The notes beneath the pieces were generated by a model. That model had not been told where the DNA came from. It saw only the letters and a list, made by a program, of their open reading frames with translations, and did not search any database. From positions 1,350,077 to 1,414,076 of the forward strand of contig OW818670.1 in assembly GCA_942493215.1 (NCBI GenBank): a stretch of DNA of 64,000 nucleotides. Direction: 5' to 3'. Shown here piece by piece: positions 7,761 through 18,763 of this stretch (within the stretch, counting starts at the first letter, position 1; every line of letters begins with the position of its first letter). This DNA is from an uncultured Bacillota bacterium (GTDB lineage Bacteria; Bacillota_I; Bacilli_A; RF39; UBA660). The translations under genes and the position numbers were made by a program.

Positions 7761-10256
7761 CTAATAATTACCATAACTTCCTATTGAAGAATACATATTA
7801 AACATCGGGATAATAACAGCCATGATAATTACGCCAACAATTGCTGTTAAAAAGACAATAAGAACGGGTTCAATAAGAGCTTTTAATCTTGATACCGAAT
7901 TTCGATGCAATTCTTGATAATAATCAGAAACTTTACCCATCATTTCTGGTAATTGTCCTGTTTTTTCACCTGTAACTAACATCTCATAAGCCGGAATAGG
8001 AAAAGCCCAAGAATTTTCAAATGATAATGAAATACGTTCACCACGATTTAAGTTCTCAATGGTTTTAGCAATCAATACTTTATATATTTCATTATTAGTA
8101 ACACGATTTAAGATATCCATACTATCTGTTATAAAAACATTATGTGATAATAATGATGAAAATGTTTTAGTAAACATTGTTACTTCATTATAAATCATAA
8201 TATTTCCCATAACTGGAAAATGCATACCCATCCATTGAAACATATACCTAAATAATTTTACATTAGTATATAAGAATCTTAATAATAATATAAATGCTAC
8301 CATTCCTATACCTAAATATATAATATTATCTTGCATAAAAGCACTAACTTTTGTAATAAAGACGGTGAATGCCGGAATAGATGCATTATCCATTGTTTTA
8401 TAAATATCTACAAATTTAGGAACAACATAAACCATTATAAAGCTCAATACACCAACCGCCATTATTAAGACAATCGTTGGATACGTAAGAGCCGAGATCA
8501 TTTGTTTTCTTGTTTGCTCTGTTTCGGTATAGTATTCAACCATATCATCTAATGTTTCGGGTAACTCACCAGTCATTTCCGCTGTTTTAACCATATTAAT
8601 CAATAATCTTGGGAAAGCATTACCTTGTTTAGTTAAAGCAATACTGAAATTTTCACCCATTGTTAAATCATAAATGATTATCTTAAAAATTAAAGAATAT
8701 TTGCCTTTTTGATATTGTTTTTCTAATATTTTTAAAGATTCAACTAAAGGTAACCCGGCCTTTATATAAGTTGATAATTGTGTTAGCATAAATATCAAGT
8801 CGGATGTCTTAATCTTACGATGAGCCATAGAAGAACCCTTATGTAATGTTCTAATAGCAAGGGAAGTCTTTATACTATATACTTCATATCCTTCACTAAT
8901 TAAAAAAGAATGGACTTCAACAATAGAAAAAGCATCAAAATAACCTTTTATAACCCTTCCAGTACTAATATCACGAACAATATATTCGTATAATATTTTG
9001 TCTTTACTCTTTATGGCATCAATACCTTCATAATCAATAACCATTTGCCGTTCTGGTATTTTGCTTTCAGTTGCAAAAGCCTGAGCAATTGGTGAAAAAC
9101 GAGCTTCTTCTTTTAAACGTTGTTTAATACGTTCTGGTATTTTATTAATCGCTTCAATCCAACGTTTAATTTTTGTTTCAAATGTTTCCTTTTCAACTTT
9201 AGCAAATACGACACTACGATCACGCTTTTCACGTTCACGCTGTCTGGCACGTTCCTCACGCGTTTTTATTTGTTCATAACGTAATTTATCAAGCTCTTTT
9301 TTCTCTAAGAACCTTTGAACAGCTTTTTCTTCTTGCTTTATTTTAGAAGCCCGCATCTGCTTAACAATAAAGTTTTGTAATGGTCCACTAATAAAGTTGA
9401 ATATCATTCTTAATGGTAACATAACACCTAGAAAGGCATATCTAATAAAACGATATAGAAGATAGAAGACAAATCCTATTCCCAAGAAGAAATACTTAAC
9501 AAAATGATATAAGCCAGTTGAAGTAGATAAGAATATTTTTGGTTGATATTTCTTTCTAACTTTAGGTTGCATTTTAATATAATTAATTTGAGGATGGTGT
9601 TGTTTATTTCTATTATATTTAGTTACCTTCTTTTTCTTTTTATTGCTTATCTTTTTAACAGGAACAGTAACTTTTTTAGCCGCTATAGCGTGTTTCTTAT
9701 GTTTAATCTTATTAGTTTCCATTGCTTTTTTTAATGGTCTAAAAATTAAACCAAATACTTTTTGTAAGCCAAGATAGAAGTATTTACATAATAAAACGAT
9801 ACCATGAATAATAAGACGAAATAAGTAAATTATTGTGTATTTAAAAATAAAATAAACACCTAAACATATGTAGGTAAATAATTTACTTAAATAGTGGAAT
9901 ACAAATGAACATCCCTTTGCTATATATTTAAATAAATAAGCAAGAACTTTCCCAATATAATGAAAAAATACATATATACCCTTGCATCCATAAAGAAATA
10001 TTTTCATAATAAAATCGAGTATCGTATGAATACCACGATAAAAATAGCTACTTAAAAACAATACAGTATGACCTAATGCATATACTATAAAGTGTAAACC
10101 CTTTAAACTATTAGTAAGTAAAACTTTGTAAATAATCCACACAAAAAAACAAGTACCAATACTAGCATACTTCAAAAGTATTATTGGTGTTTTGATAATA
10201 TAAAACAACGTTTTGTACATAAAAATAAATGGCAACCAGATTGCTCGTTTATTCAT
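7761..10256 (-). CDS. pilC: Type IV pilus platform protein PilC (T2SS F family) with ~420-aa N-terminal extension
   Basis: From about aa 422: YEYIVRD...KGYFDA, QLSTYIKAGLPL, AEMTGELPETL, ALTYP, GEKTGQLPEM, LIEP. Residues 1-420 are not PilC-like. Confidence 0.88.
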   Translation of the reverse strand: MNKRAIWLPFIFMYKTLFYIIKTPIILLKYASIGTCFFVWIIYKVLLTNSLKGLHFIVYALGHTVLFLSSYFYRGIHTILDFIMKIFLYGCKGIYVFFHYIGKVLAYLFKYIAKGCSFVFHYLSKLFTYICLGVYFIFKYTIIYLFRLIIHGIVLLCKYFYLGLQKVFGLIFRPLKKAMETNKIKHKKHAIAAKKVTVPVKKISNKKKKKVTKYNRNKQHHPQINYIKMQPKVRKKYQPKIFLSTSTGLYHFVKYFFLGIGFVFYLLYRFIRYAFLGVMLPLRMIFNFISGPLQNFIVKQMRASKIKQEEKAVQRFLEKKELDKLRYEQIKTREERARQREREKRDRSVVFAKVEKETFETKIKRWIEAINKIPERIKQRLKEEARFSPIAQAFATESKIPERQMVIDYEGIDAIKSKDKILYEYIVRDISTGRVIKGYFDAFSIVEVHSFLISEGYEVYSIKTSLAIRTLHKGSSMAHRKIKTSDLIFMLTQLSTYIKAGLPLVESLKILEKQYQKGKYSLIFKIIIYDLTMGENFSIALTKQGNAFPRLLINMVKTAEMTGELPETLDDMVEYYTETEQTRKQMISALTYPTIVLIMAVGVLSFIMVYVVPKFVDIYKTMDNASIPAFTVFITKVSAFMQDNIIYLGIGMVAFILLLRFLYTNVKLFRYMFQWMGMHFPVMGNIMIYNEVTMFTKTFSSLLSHNVFITDSMDILNRVTNNEIYKVLIAKTIENLNRGERISLSFENSWAFPIPAYEMLVTGEKTGQLPEMMGKVSDYYQELHRNSVSRLKALIEPVLIVFLTAIVGVIIMAVIIPMFNMYSSIGSYGNY

Positions 10257-10403
10257 AACAAAACACCACCCTGTCTTTTTATTCTTCTATACTATAAATA
10301 TTGTAACATAAAATTGTTTATTGTAAAACATTTTTTTCAATAATTAAGGAAAATTATCACTTTTTGTGAAATAACATATAATAGTAACGAGAGGACGTGT
10401 GAT

Positions 10404-10793
10404 ATGAATTACTACAATCCTTATTATAACTTTCCATACAGTACAATGTCTGGCGCTAATACCGGATTATTTAGTCGTTTGTTAGGAGGAGTAAAAGGCC
10501 TTAATTGGGGCAGTATGTTTACTAATGTTCAAAAAACCTTAAATTTAGTAAATCAAGCTATCCCCGTTGTTAAGCAAGCAAGCCCAATGTTCAAAAATGC
10601 TAAAACAATGTTTCATTTAATGAGTGAATTTAATAAAGGTGATATAAATACACCAACTAAAAGTAATACCGAAAATAAAAAGGAAGATAGACATGAAGAT
10701 AAAAAAAAGGCTTCAGTAAGTTCTACTACTGAAACCACTACTAAAAAAATGGAACCAATTAATATTTCAAACGGACCGACTTTTTTTCTTTAA
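10404..10793 (+). CDS. yqfQ: VrrA/YqfQ-family protein
   Basis: LFSRLLGG..LNWGSMFTNVQKTLNLVNQAIPVVKQASPMFKNAKTMF followed by a charged low-complexity tail; near trmK/sigA as in Bacillus. Confidence 0.75.
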   Translation: MNYYNPYYNFPYSTMSGANTGLFSRLLGGVKGLNWGSMFTNVQKTLNLVNQAIPVVKQASPMFKNAKTMFHLMSEFNKGDINTPTKSNTENKKEDRHEDKKKASVSSTTETTTKKMEPINISNGPTFFL

Positions 10794-11417
10794 GAAAAGA
10801 GTCTTTTTTTTAACTACTAATTTACGAATAAAATTTTGTTTAGGAATCATTTTTTCTAAATTAAGATAATAATTATAGACATAATCAAGATATTCTTTAT
10901 TGTTTTTTAAATATGGTCCTAACCAATAATCAAGATAATGATAAGACTGTTTTCCTTTTTGAAAAGCCATTACTATATATTTTTTATGATGTTCACATAT
11001 AAACTCTTCTTTAGTAATTATATATCCCCTATTATGTAACCATTTACGTAATTCATAATGCTCATTATTAGATTGAATAATTATTTTATCTATTTTTGCA
11101 ATATATGGCTTTAATATTTTTATAATATTTCGACAACCTAAACCAGCAATTATAATTACATCCGTTGGTTGTATTTTGATACCATTTAAACCATCATTTA
11201 AATATAGACTAATCTGTTTATCTAAATGAGCTTTTTTAACATTAATAATAGCTTGTTTTAAAGCACCATCATTAATATCAATAGCTAAAGAAGTATCTAC
11301 TATCTTATTAGCAATTACATATATATCTAATAAGGCATGATCACAACCAACATCAATTATTCTTTCACATTGAGGTATCATACTAATAATTGTAAGTAGA
11401 CGTTTAGAAATGGTCAT
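10767..11417 (-). CDS. trmK: tRNA (adenine22-N1)-methyltransferase
   Basis: SKRLLTI, DVGCDHALL, DGLNGI, IAGLGC, IIQSN; directly downstream of sigA. Confidence 0.88.
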   Translation of the reverse strand: MTISKRLLTIISMIPQCERIIDVGCDHALLDIYVIANKIVDTSLAIDINDGALKQAIINVKKAHLDKQISLYLNDGLNGIKIQPTDVIIIAGLGCRNIIKILKPYIAKIDKIIIQSNNEHYELRKWLHNRGYIITKEEFICEHHKKYIVMAFQKGKQSYHYLDYWLGPYLKNNKEYLDYVYNYYLNLEKMIPKQNFIRKLVVKKKTLFLKKKSRSV

Positions 11418-12508
11418 TAGTCACCCATATAATCTTTTAACTTACGTGAACGTGATGGATGACGAAGCTTTCTTAATGCTTTAGCTTCAATCTGTCTTAT
11501 TCTTTCTCTTGTTACACCAAACATTTGGCCAACTTCTTCTAAAGTACGTGATTTACCATCTTCAAGACCAAAACGTAATCTTATAACTTTTTCTTCTCTT
11601 TCAGTAAGAGTAAGTAAAACATCAGATATTTCATCTTTTAGCATTTCGTTAGTAGCATACTCTTCCGGACTAACATTACGTTCATCTTTAATAAAATCGC
11701 CTAAATGTGAATCATCTTCTTCACCAATTGGTGTTTCTAAACTAACTGGTTCTTGAGATATTTTATATATTTCACGAACTTTATCAATCGACATATTCAT
11801 TTTTTTAGCTAATTCATCTTCTGATGGTTCACGATTAAGTTCAAGTGTTAATTGCCTTTGAATACGGGCTAATTTATTAATTGTTTCAACCATATGGACA
11901 GGCACCCGAATGGTTCTAGCTTGGTCAGCTATAGCTCTAGTAATAGCTTGTCTAATCCACCAAGTCGCATAAGTAGAGAACTTATATCCTTTACTAACGT
12001 CAAACTTTTCGACAGCTTTCATAAGACCAATATTACCCTCTTGAATTAAATCTAGAAATAACATTCCTCGACCAACATATCGTTTAGCAATACTAACAAC
12101 TAAACGTAAATTAGCTTCAGCTAGAATTGTTTTCGCTACATTATCACCGGCAATAATCCGATCAGCAAGCGATAATTCCTCATCCATTGTAAGAAGTTTA
12201 ATCTGACCAATTTCTTTTAAGTACATTCTAACTGGATCATTTATGGTTAAATCTTTAGTTAATAAATCATCATCTAAAAGAATTTTATCAATAGCGCCAC
12301 CTTTGCCACTATCACTACTCTCTTCTTCCGATACAACCGCAATATTATTTTCATTAAATAAATTATATAATTCGTCTAATGAATCACTATCTAAATCTAA
12401 TCCTTTTAAGCTTGTTGCTAATTCCTCATATGTAATAAAACCTTTTTCTTTACCCTTTTTTACTAATTCTAATTTTCTGGCATCAAATGTTTTTATTTCA
12501 TTAATCAT
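11417..12508 (-). CDS. rpoD: Primary RNA polymerase sigma factor SigA/RpoD
   Basis: [74 protein letters not shown]. Confidence 0.98.
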   Translation of the reverse strand: MINEIKTFDARKLELVKKGKEKGFITYEELATSLKGLDLDSDSLDELYNLFNENNIAVVSEEESSDSGKGGAIDKILLDDDLLTKDLTINDPVRMYLKEIGQIKLLTMDEELSLADRIIAGDNVAKTILAEANLRLVVSIAKRYVGRGMLFLDLIQEGNIGLMKAVEKFDVSKGYKFSTYATWWIRQAITRAIADQARTIRVPVHMVETINKLARIQRQLTLELNREPSEDELAKKMNMSIDKVREIYKISQEPVSLETPIGEEDDSHLGDFIKDERNVSPEEYATNEMLKDEISDVLLTLTEREEKVIRLRFGLEDGKSRTLEEVGQMFGVTRERIRQIEAKALRKLRHPSRSRKLKDYMGD

Positions 12509-14261
12509 TACTATTTCCCCTCAACTTTAAATTAACTAACTCTTGAGCTAGTTGTGCTTTTACTTTAATATCATTTGTTTGTGACATTTTCTCTTTAATT
12601 TTTTCGATTTCTAAATTAATACTGTATTCATTAATGGTATTAATATAATCATCAATTTCACCAGGTAAATACTTATCTTTTAATTGTAAATGTAGTATTT
12701 CTTCGATAACTTGTTGTAATAACTCATAATTAGGATTATTCATTATGTAACTCATAAAATCAGCTAAAATAAATTTTCCATAATCATTATAATAAAATTT
12801 TATTTCATTAGCTAAAAGTCGATATTTATCGGTTGGCATATACATAATTTTCTTAACTGTCATCCTTATTACTTCATCATATTTAAGCATATAATACAAA
12901 ATATTACTCTCAGCCAATTCATATTTAGATAATAATTTAGTTTCCTTTTTAACAACGGGTATATCATTATTCTTAATTTCTTGACTACTATTTAATTTTT
13001 CTCTAATAAAATCAATATCAAGATTAGCTTCAACACTTAATTTTTTAAGTGTTAATTCTTTTAATATGTCATCATCAATCTTATTTAGTTCCAAAATCAT
13101 CTGTTTAACATAATTAGCCATATTAACATTACTTGATAAATCTTTATTCTTTTTATAATATGCTAATTTAAAATCAATAATATTAATAGGATTTTCCATT
13201 CTATTAATAAACTTTTCTTTACCAAACTGTTTAATAAAATCATCAGGATCTAAACCATTATCTAAAACTAAAACTTTAGGAATAATACCGATTTTCTGTA
13301 ATTCTTCACTACAGGCAATCGTCGCATGTTCGCCAGCTGCATCACCATCAAAACATAAAATGATATTTTTAGCCATTTTTCTAATAATAGCCACTTGTTC
13401 TTTAGTAACAGCTGTTCCCATTGTTGCAACAACATTCTTAACGCCTATCGTATAAGCTCTAATTACATCCATAAAACCTTCCATAATGATAACCGTATCT
13501 TTATGGCGACATTCTTCTTTAGCATTATGATAATTATATATTAACCGTCTTTTTTGAAATATTTCTGTTTCTCTAGTGTTAATATATTTTGAAGGATCGT
13601 TACCTGCATATATTCGGCCACTAAAACCTACTGTTTTGCCTTCTAAATCCCATAGTGGAAACATAATTCGATCACAGTAGATATCGCTATAACCATATTG
13701 ATTCTTTAAAATTAAGCCACTACTTTCAAGAATAGCTTGTGAATATCCTTTACTAGTCAATAATTGAGTTAGAAGATCACGTTTCTTTAAAGATAAACCT
13801 ATTTCAAACTTTTTAATTATATCTTCATCTATTTCTCTTTTATTAAGATATTCTAAAGCTTGTTTACTGTTAACTGTATTAATATTATTTTGATAAAACT
13901 TTTTACTTATTTCATATACTTCATATAAAGGGCTAATCTTTGTTTTTTGATTGGTTTTAAAACCACTAAAATCATAATTTAAACCAGCCTTGTTAGCTAA
14001 AATAGCCAGTGCTTCTTTAAAGGCCACATTCTCATAGTCCATAACAAATTTAATAGCATTACCGGTTGCGCCACAAGAAAAGCATCTATATATTTGTAAA
14101 TCTGATGACACACTCATACTTGGTGAATGATCATCATGAAAGGGACATACTCCAAAATAATTTTTACCCCGCTGAGTAAGTGGAAGATAAGTGCTAATAA
14201 TATCAACAATATCAACACTTTTTCGAATATTATCAATTACTTCATTATCGATTATTGCCAT
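12501..14261 (-). CDS. dnaG: DNA primase
   Basis: [10 protein letters not shown]...CFSCG zinc finger, [20 protein letters not shown] and [14 protein letters not shown] motifs. Confidence 0.97.
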   Translation of the reverse strand: MAIIDNEVIDNIRKSVDIVDIISTYLPLTQRGKNYFGVCPFHDDHSPSMSVSSDLQIYRCFSCGATGNAIKFVMDYENVAFKEALAILANKAGLNYDFSGFKTNQKTKISPLYEVYEISKKFYQNNINTVNSKQALEYLNKREIDEDIIKKFEIGLSLKKRDLLTQLLTSKGYSQAILESSGLILKNQYGYSDIYCDRIMFPLWDLEGKTVGFSGRIYAGNDPSKYINTRETEIFQKRRLIYNYHNAKEECRHKDTVIIMEGFMDVIRAYTIGVKNVVATMGTAVTKEQVAIIRKMAKNIILCFDGDAAGEHATIACSEELQKIGIIPKVLVLDNGLDPDDFIKQFGKEKFINRMENPINIIDFKLAYYKKNKDLSSNVNMANYVKQMILELNKIDDDILKELTLKKLSVEANLDIDFIREKLNSSQEIKNNDIPVVKKETKLLSKYELAESNILYYMLKYDEVIRMTVKKIMYMPTDKYRLLANEIKFYYNDYGKFILADFMSYIMNNPNYELLQQVIEEILHLQLKDKYLPGEIDDYINTINEYSINLEIEKIKEKMSQTNDIKVKAQLAQELVNLKLRGNSND

Positions 14262-14383
14262 ATTATCTACTCCTACACTATTATTATACTTTATAAAACA
14301 TCAATTTCCTTTTTTTATACATATTTTATGAATAAAAATTGTCTTTTTATAGAAAAATTTATAATATTGTATATAATTTTAAT

Positions 14384-14409
14384 AAAAAAAAGGAAGACCA
14401 AAGTCTTCC
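14384..14409 (-). terminator. Intrinsic terminator after comEC
   Basis: GGAAGAC-loop-GTCTTCC stem followed by a T8 tract on the minus strand. Confidence 0.7.
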
Positions 14410-14441
14410 CATCTATATAAAACGCTAATGCATTAGCGTAC

Positions 14442-16562
14442 CTACATACAAGTATAAATAGCTAATTCTTTTTTTAAAATAATTTTTATACTGCCATTTA
14501 CACTTGTGATATAAGTCTTAATATCATATTTATTTAATGTATCCAACGTTTCTTGATGTGGATGATGAAAACGATTGTTTCTACCTGCCGATATAATAGC
14601 AAATGCTGGCTTTATACACCTAATAAAAGTATCATCTGTACTTGTATTAGATCCATGATGACCTACCTTTAATATATCCATTTTAGTTAATGAATATACC
14701 TTAATTATCTTCTTTTCTTCTTCTTTTGTTGCATCTCCCATTAATAATATATTCTTATTAGCAATATTTGCTTGTATAATTAATGAATCATGATTCTCAT
14801 CCACTAAATTTTTAGCGTTTAAAAATTTTAAAGAATAATTTTTAAGATTTAAAATGTTTTGACTATAAAAAGCATAAGTAATATTTTTGTTCTTCATTAC
14901 TTTTATTACTTGCTGTTCTAAAGCATTATTATTGCCACTATTAAAAATAATATGACTAATAGGAAAATTATTGATTAAATTAATTGCTTCACCAATATGA
15001 TCATTATCACCATGAGTAAGAAGTAAATAGTCAATCTTTCTAATACCCAATGATTTTAAATATGGAATAATTGTTGATATTGCAATACTATATGTTTTTT
15101 TTCGTTGCTGCCATTTTTCTTTATTATAATTAATTATGCCACCAGTATCAATTAATATATTACCGTTATAATATGGCATATTAATTAAAGTCGAATCACC
15201 CTGTCCGACATCAATAAATGTTATATTAGGATTAATAATAAAATAATTAAAATGATAATGCCCAAACATCATTAAAATTAAAAGACCAATTATATTGAAT
15301 CGCTTTTTAGTTAATTGCCATAGTCCTAATGAAATAATTACATAATATAAAATAATAATATATATTGATGGTTTAGCCATCACATAGGTAAACAAACTAA
15401 TATTATTAAAAAATAGAGATAACCATTCAAAAATATTCAAAATAATAGTTAGAATACTATTTAAAAAGGGAAAGAAAAAGGTTCCTAATGTTAAGGGAAA
15501 TATTATAAAGGAAACTAAAGGTACAAAGACTAGATTTAATATAGGTGTTAAAATGTTTACTTCAAAAAAATTAAACATAATTATAGGCATACTCGCTAAA
15601 AAAGCAATCGTTGATGTAACAAGCAGCTTAAAAAAAAAGTTTTTAAAATGATTAATGTATCTTTGAAATAACAATAAATAGAAACAAACGGTAAAGCTTA
15701 AAAGAAAACCTAAATTATAAACAAAATAAGGATTATAGAGTAAAAACAGGCCAAAAACTAGTAAAAACAGTGTAATTTTGTTAATTTTATAGTTGGACAT
15801 ATTATTTACAGTAAATATAACATAAAGAATAACAGCTCTTAAAATAGATGGTGAAAAACCCGTTAAGAAGGTATATAGAAATAAGAATAATATAATAATT
15901 AATAAAACTATTATTGGGGATTTAATAATTAAATTAAAAAACTTTTTTAATATCGTAACTACTAATATTACATGCATACCGGAAACAGCAAATAGATGGG
16001 TTATACCATTTGATCGGTATGATGTCATAATATCTTCTTCAAAGTAATGACTATCACCTAATATAAATGCATATAAATATTCTTTATTATAATTAATCTT
16101 TTCAATTCGTTTAATAAAATTGTTTTTCAAATTATATAAAAGATTATTGTTTTTTTTAACTAAAACAATATTACTTGCTTGCATAATCCAAACAATTTTT
16201 TGACTTAAAAGATAATGGCGATAATTAAATAAATTAAAAACAGTATTATTATTAGGTTTTTGTAATACCCCATCAATCTTTATCTCATCACCTAGTCCAT
16301 ATGTATTCTTAATAGCTTTTAGTTCTTCATAAGATTTAATATAATAATTTACTAGAATATGTTCTTTGGCTATAATTTCCATTACTAGCTTGTCGCCATC
16401 AATTTCAAAATCATTAATATAACCATTTACTGTTGTAACATTATTAGAGTAATAGGAATTAAGATTATTTTTTTTAATAGCTATTAGAACATAAAAGAGT
16501 GCTAATAACAGAACCATTATTGTAATAATATTAAAGAGTGATTTTGTCTTTAATTTTATCAT
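14442..16562 (-). CDS. comEC: DNA uptake channel ComEC/Rec2
   Basis: [38 protein letters not shown] and KVGHHGS (metallo-beta-lactamase domain). Start is ATG 16562 or TTG 16577. Confidence 0.93.
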   Translation of the reverse strand: MIKLKTKSLFNIITIMVLLLALFYVLIAIKKNNLNSYYSNNVTTVNGYINDFEIDGDKLVMEIIAKEHILVNYYIKSYEELKAIKNTYGLGDEIKIDGVLQKPNNNTVFNLFNYRHYLLSQKIVWIMQASNIVLVKKNNNLLYNLKNNFIKRIEKINYNKEYLYAFILGDSHYFEEDIMTSYRSNGITHLFAVSGMHVILVVTILKKFFNLIIKSPIIVLLIIILFLFLYTFLTGFSPSILRAVILYVIFTVNNMSNYKINKITLFLLVFGLFLLYNPYFVYNLGFLLSFTVCFYLLLFQRYINHFKNFFFKLLVTSTIAFLASMPIIMFNFFEVNILTPILNLVFVPLVSFIIFPLTLGTFFFPFLNSILTIILNIFEWLSLFFNNISLFTYVMAKPSIYIIILYYVIISLGLWQLTKKRFNIIGLLILMMFGHYHFNYFIINPNITFIDVGQGDSTLINMPYYNGNILIDTGGIINYNKEKWQQRKKTYSIAISTIIPYLKSLGIRKIDYLLLTHGDNDHIGEAINLINNFPISHIIFNSGNNNALEQQVIKVMKNKNITYAFYSQNILNLKNYSLKFLNAKNLVDENHDSLIIQANIANKNILLMGDATKEEEKKIIKVYSLTKMDILKVGHHGSNTSTDDTFIRCIKPAFAIISAGRNNRFHHPHQETLDTLNKYDIKTYITSVNGSIKIILKKELAIYTCM

Positions 16563-17160
16563 AGATAGTTTGTCCAATACCCTTTACTTCCATTAACTCT
16601 TCAATCTTTTTAAAACCATTATTAGTATTACGATAATCAATAATAGCTTGTGCTTTACTGTTACCAATCCCTGATAGTTGCATCAATTCATCGATTGTTG
16701 CCGTATTTAAAGATATCTTATCCGTTGTAACAACTTCATCATTATTATTAGGTATGTCATCAATACAGGCATCATTTTCAACAATTGGGCAGATACATTC
16801 CCTTTCCACATATTTAATACTAGTTGTTCCTTGTTGCATTTCCTTAACTTCTTCATTATTATAAACAATAATAACCATTTCATCTTCAAGATGTTTACTT
16901 AAGTTTATTAATTCCGTATTAGCATTCTCTCTTAATCCACCACTTAATGCTATTATATCGCTAACATAAGCATCATCATCAACAAGATAGCTACCTGGTT
17001 TATTAACTGCACCTTTAATGTCAACCCGTATTAAGTTATTATTATCAGGACTCTCATACGCTGCGTATACCTTTATATAGATATAACTAGATAAAAGGAT
17101 AATTATTAATAATAAAATAACACTAGAATATTTCTTAATCCATTTTAAAAGTATATTCAT
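16531..17160 (-). CDS. comEA: Competence DNA receptor ComEA
   Basis: TM anchor, [15 protein letters not shown] domain, ISLNTAT...[16 protein letters not shown]...VKGIG helix-hairpin-helix. Confidence 0.93.
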   Translation of the reverse strand: MNILLKWIKKYSSVILLLIIILLSSYIYIKVYAAYESPDNNNLIRVDIKGAVNKPGSYLVDDDAYVSDIIALSGGLRENANTELINLSKHLEDEMVIIVYNNEEVKEMQQGTTSIKYVERECICPIVENDACIDDIPNNNDEVVTTDKISLNTATIDELMQLSGIGNSKAQAIIDYRNTNNGFKKIEELMEVKGIGQTIYDKIKDKITL

Positions 17161-17190
17161 ATTATCACCTAATATAAATATACTTTACTT

Positions 17191-18360
17191 CTACATTATT
17201 TCCTTTAAGGTAATTTTTTTATTTTTGGTTTCAATACTAATACGTTCGACAATTGCAATTGAACCTACTAAACATATTAGGAAAGTACCACCCCAGCTAA
17301 AGAATGGTAAAGGAACACCAGTCAAAGGCATAATACCAAATAATCCTCCTAAATTTATGCATATATGCATAAATATATAAACTGCTACTCCTAAAGCTAT
17401 ATATTTACCTCGAATAGTTGCTGCTTCCGAGGATATTTTTAATATTCTCTTTATCATATATAAATAACCAAGAAGAATTAAAGTTGCTCTTATTAATCCC
17501 TGTTCCTCCACAATTATAGCAAAAACTGAATCAGTATGTGGAAAGGGAATATAAGAAAGTTTTTGAGTACTTTTTCCTAATCCAACTCCTAATAATCCTC
17601 CTTCATTAATCGCTATAAAACCATTACAAATCTGATATCCACCTGTTTCATATCGTGAACATGGATTAACAAATTTAAATCTATCTAGTTGAGCACCAGT
17701 TAAAATATAACCATTAATCGCATACATCATTAAAGCTCCCACTATTAATAATGCCATAACACCAATCGTCGTAAAAAACTTTTCTTTTTTTAAGATTGGT
17801 GATGCTAAAAACATAATTACAAAAACCGTCATTAGAATAAACATAGTCCCAAAATCTTTTTGTAAAAAAATGAATGCTGGAATAATACAACCAATAATTA
17901 AAACAATCGCAATCTCGGTATAATGTTTAATATTAAGATTACGAAAACGGCTATAAAACTTTTCAAACACTAAAGCTAACGCAACAATAATGATCGGTTT
18001 AGACACTTCACTAGGTTGAAAAGAAAAACTTCCTATATACAACCAGTTTTTAGCACCTAAAACCGTATCACCAAATAAAGCTAAATAAGCTACTAGAACA
18101 AGAGCTAAAATAAATAATGGCCAGATAAAAAAATAATAACTCCTTGTTTTTAAATTAATAATGAATAAACTGCCGATTACAGCTATACCAATAACTTTTA
18201 AATGCTCAAAAAAGTAATAATATATAGATACCTTATCAGTTACAGCTACCCTACTCGTAACTGAAACCATATTAACAGCACCATATATTAAAAATATTAA
18301 CGTTAATATAAGTAATGGTTTATCCATATCTTTGATATTTTTCAAACATTTTTTTATCAT
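17191..18360 (-). CDS. ftsW: SEDS-family peptidoglycan polymerase (FtsW/RodA/SpoVE)
   Basis: GAKNWL, QPSEVSK, QKDFGT, GLGKSTQK, PHTDSVFAII, TGVPLPFFSWGG. The exact paralogue is uncertain. Confidence 0.85.
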   Translation of the reverse strand: MIKKCLKNIKDMDKPLLILTLIFLIYGAVNMVSVTSRVAVTDKVSIYYYFFEHLKVIGIAVIGSLFIINLKTRSYYFFIWPLFILALVLVAYLALFGDTVLGAKNWLYIGSFSFQPSEVSKPIIIVALALVFEKFYSRFRNLNIKHYTEIAIVLIIGCIIPAFIFLQKDFGTMFILMTVFVIMFLASPILKKEKFFTTIGVMALLIVGALMMYAINGYILTGAQLDRFKFVNPCSRYETGGYQICNGFIAINEGGLLGVGLGKSTQKLSYIPFPHTDSVFAIIVEEQGLIRATLILLGYLYMIKRILKISSEAATIRGKYIALGVAVYIFMHICINLGGLFGIMPLTGVPLPFFSWGGTFLICLVGSIAIVERISIETKNKKITLKEIM

Positions 18361-18450
18361 TGTATCACCTATCATACTAGTAATATCATATCATAATATC
18401 AAACTATTTTAAAGAAAATTTTAGAAAATCGAACTTATAGGTTATTTTCA

Positions 18451-18479
18451 TTGTCAAAAAGCTGACTTTTTAATACTAT
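18451..18479 (+). promoter_or_regulatory. sigmaA-like promoter upstream of the YjcZ-family small ORF
   Basis: TTGTCA (18451-18456), 17 bp spacer, TACTAT (18474-18479). Confidence 0.5.
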
Positions 18480-18508
18480 ATATTAGAATTAGATAAGGAG
18501 GTAATAAT

Positions 18509-18685
18509 ATGTATTATTACGGAGGATATCAAGGAGGATATGGCTGCGGCAATCCATGCAATCCATGTGGTGGATACGGTGGCGGTTGTGGTTGCGGTGG
18601 TGGCTATGGCTCTGGAGTAGCTATTGTTTTAGTATTATTCATTTTACTAGTTATAGTAATTGGTTCACGCACATTTGCTCAATAG
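18509..18685 (+). CDS. YjcZ/SscA-family tiny membrane sporulation protein, 58 aa (not in ORF track)
   Basis: AAGGAGGT SD; MYYYGGYQGGYGCGNPCNPCGGYGGGCGCGGGYGSGVAIVLVLFILLVIVIGSRTFAQ, with the family motif IVLVLFILLVIVIG. Confidence 0.88.
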   Translation: MYYYGGYQGGYGCGNPCNPCGGYGGGCGCGGGYGSGVAIVLVLFILLVIVIGSRTFAQ

Positions 18686-18708
18686 GGGAATTTTAATTCC
18701 CTTTTTTA
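18684..18708 (+). terminator. Intrinsic terminator after the YjcZ-family gene
   Basis: GGGAATT-TT-AATTCCC stem followed by TTTTTT. Confidence 0.75.
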
Positions 18709-18763
18709 TTAGCCGTAGCATTTTTTTTAAATTTATGATAAAATAATTATCGGAGTTGAAATC

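Noticed and set aside
10767-10810. Convergent overlap of yqfQ and trmK with an embedded hairpin
   Set aside because: A short 3-prime overlap with a terminator is ordinary in compact genomes.
12243-12530. Track ORFs shadowing core genes (also 6719-6952, 9543-9734, 14127-14420, 16707-16889, 19808-20116, 24385-24891, 29849-30780, 32993-33882)
   Set aside because: They overlap well-supported genes antisense or out of frame and have no independent signals.
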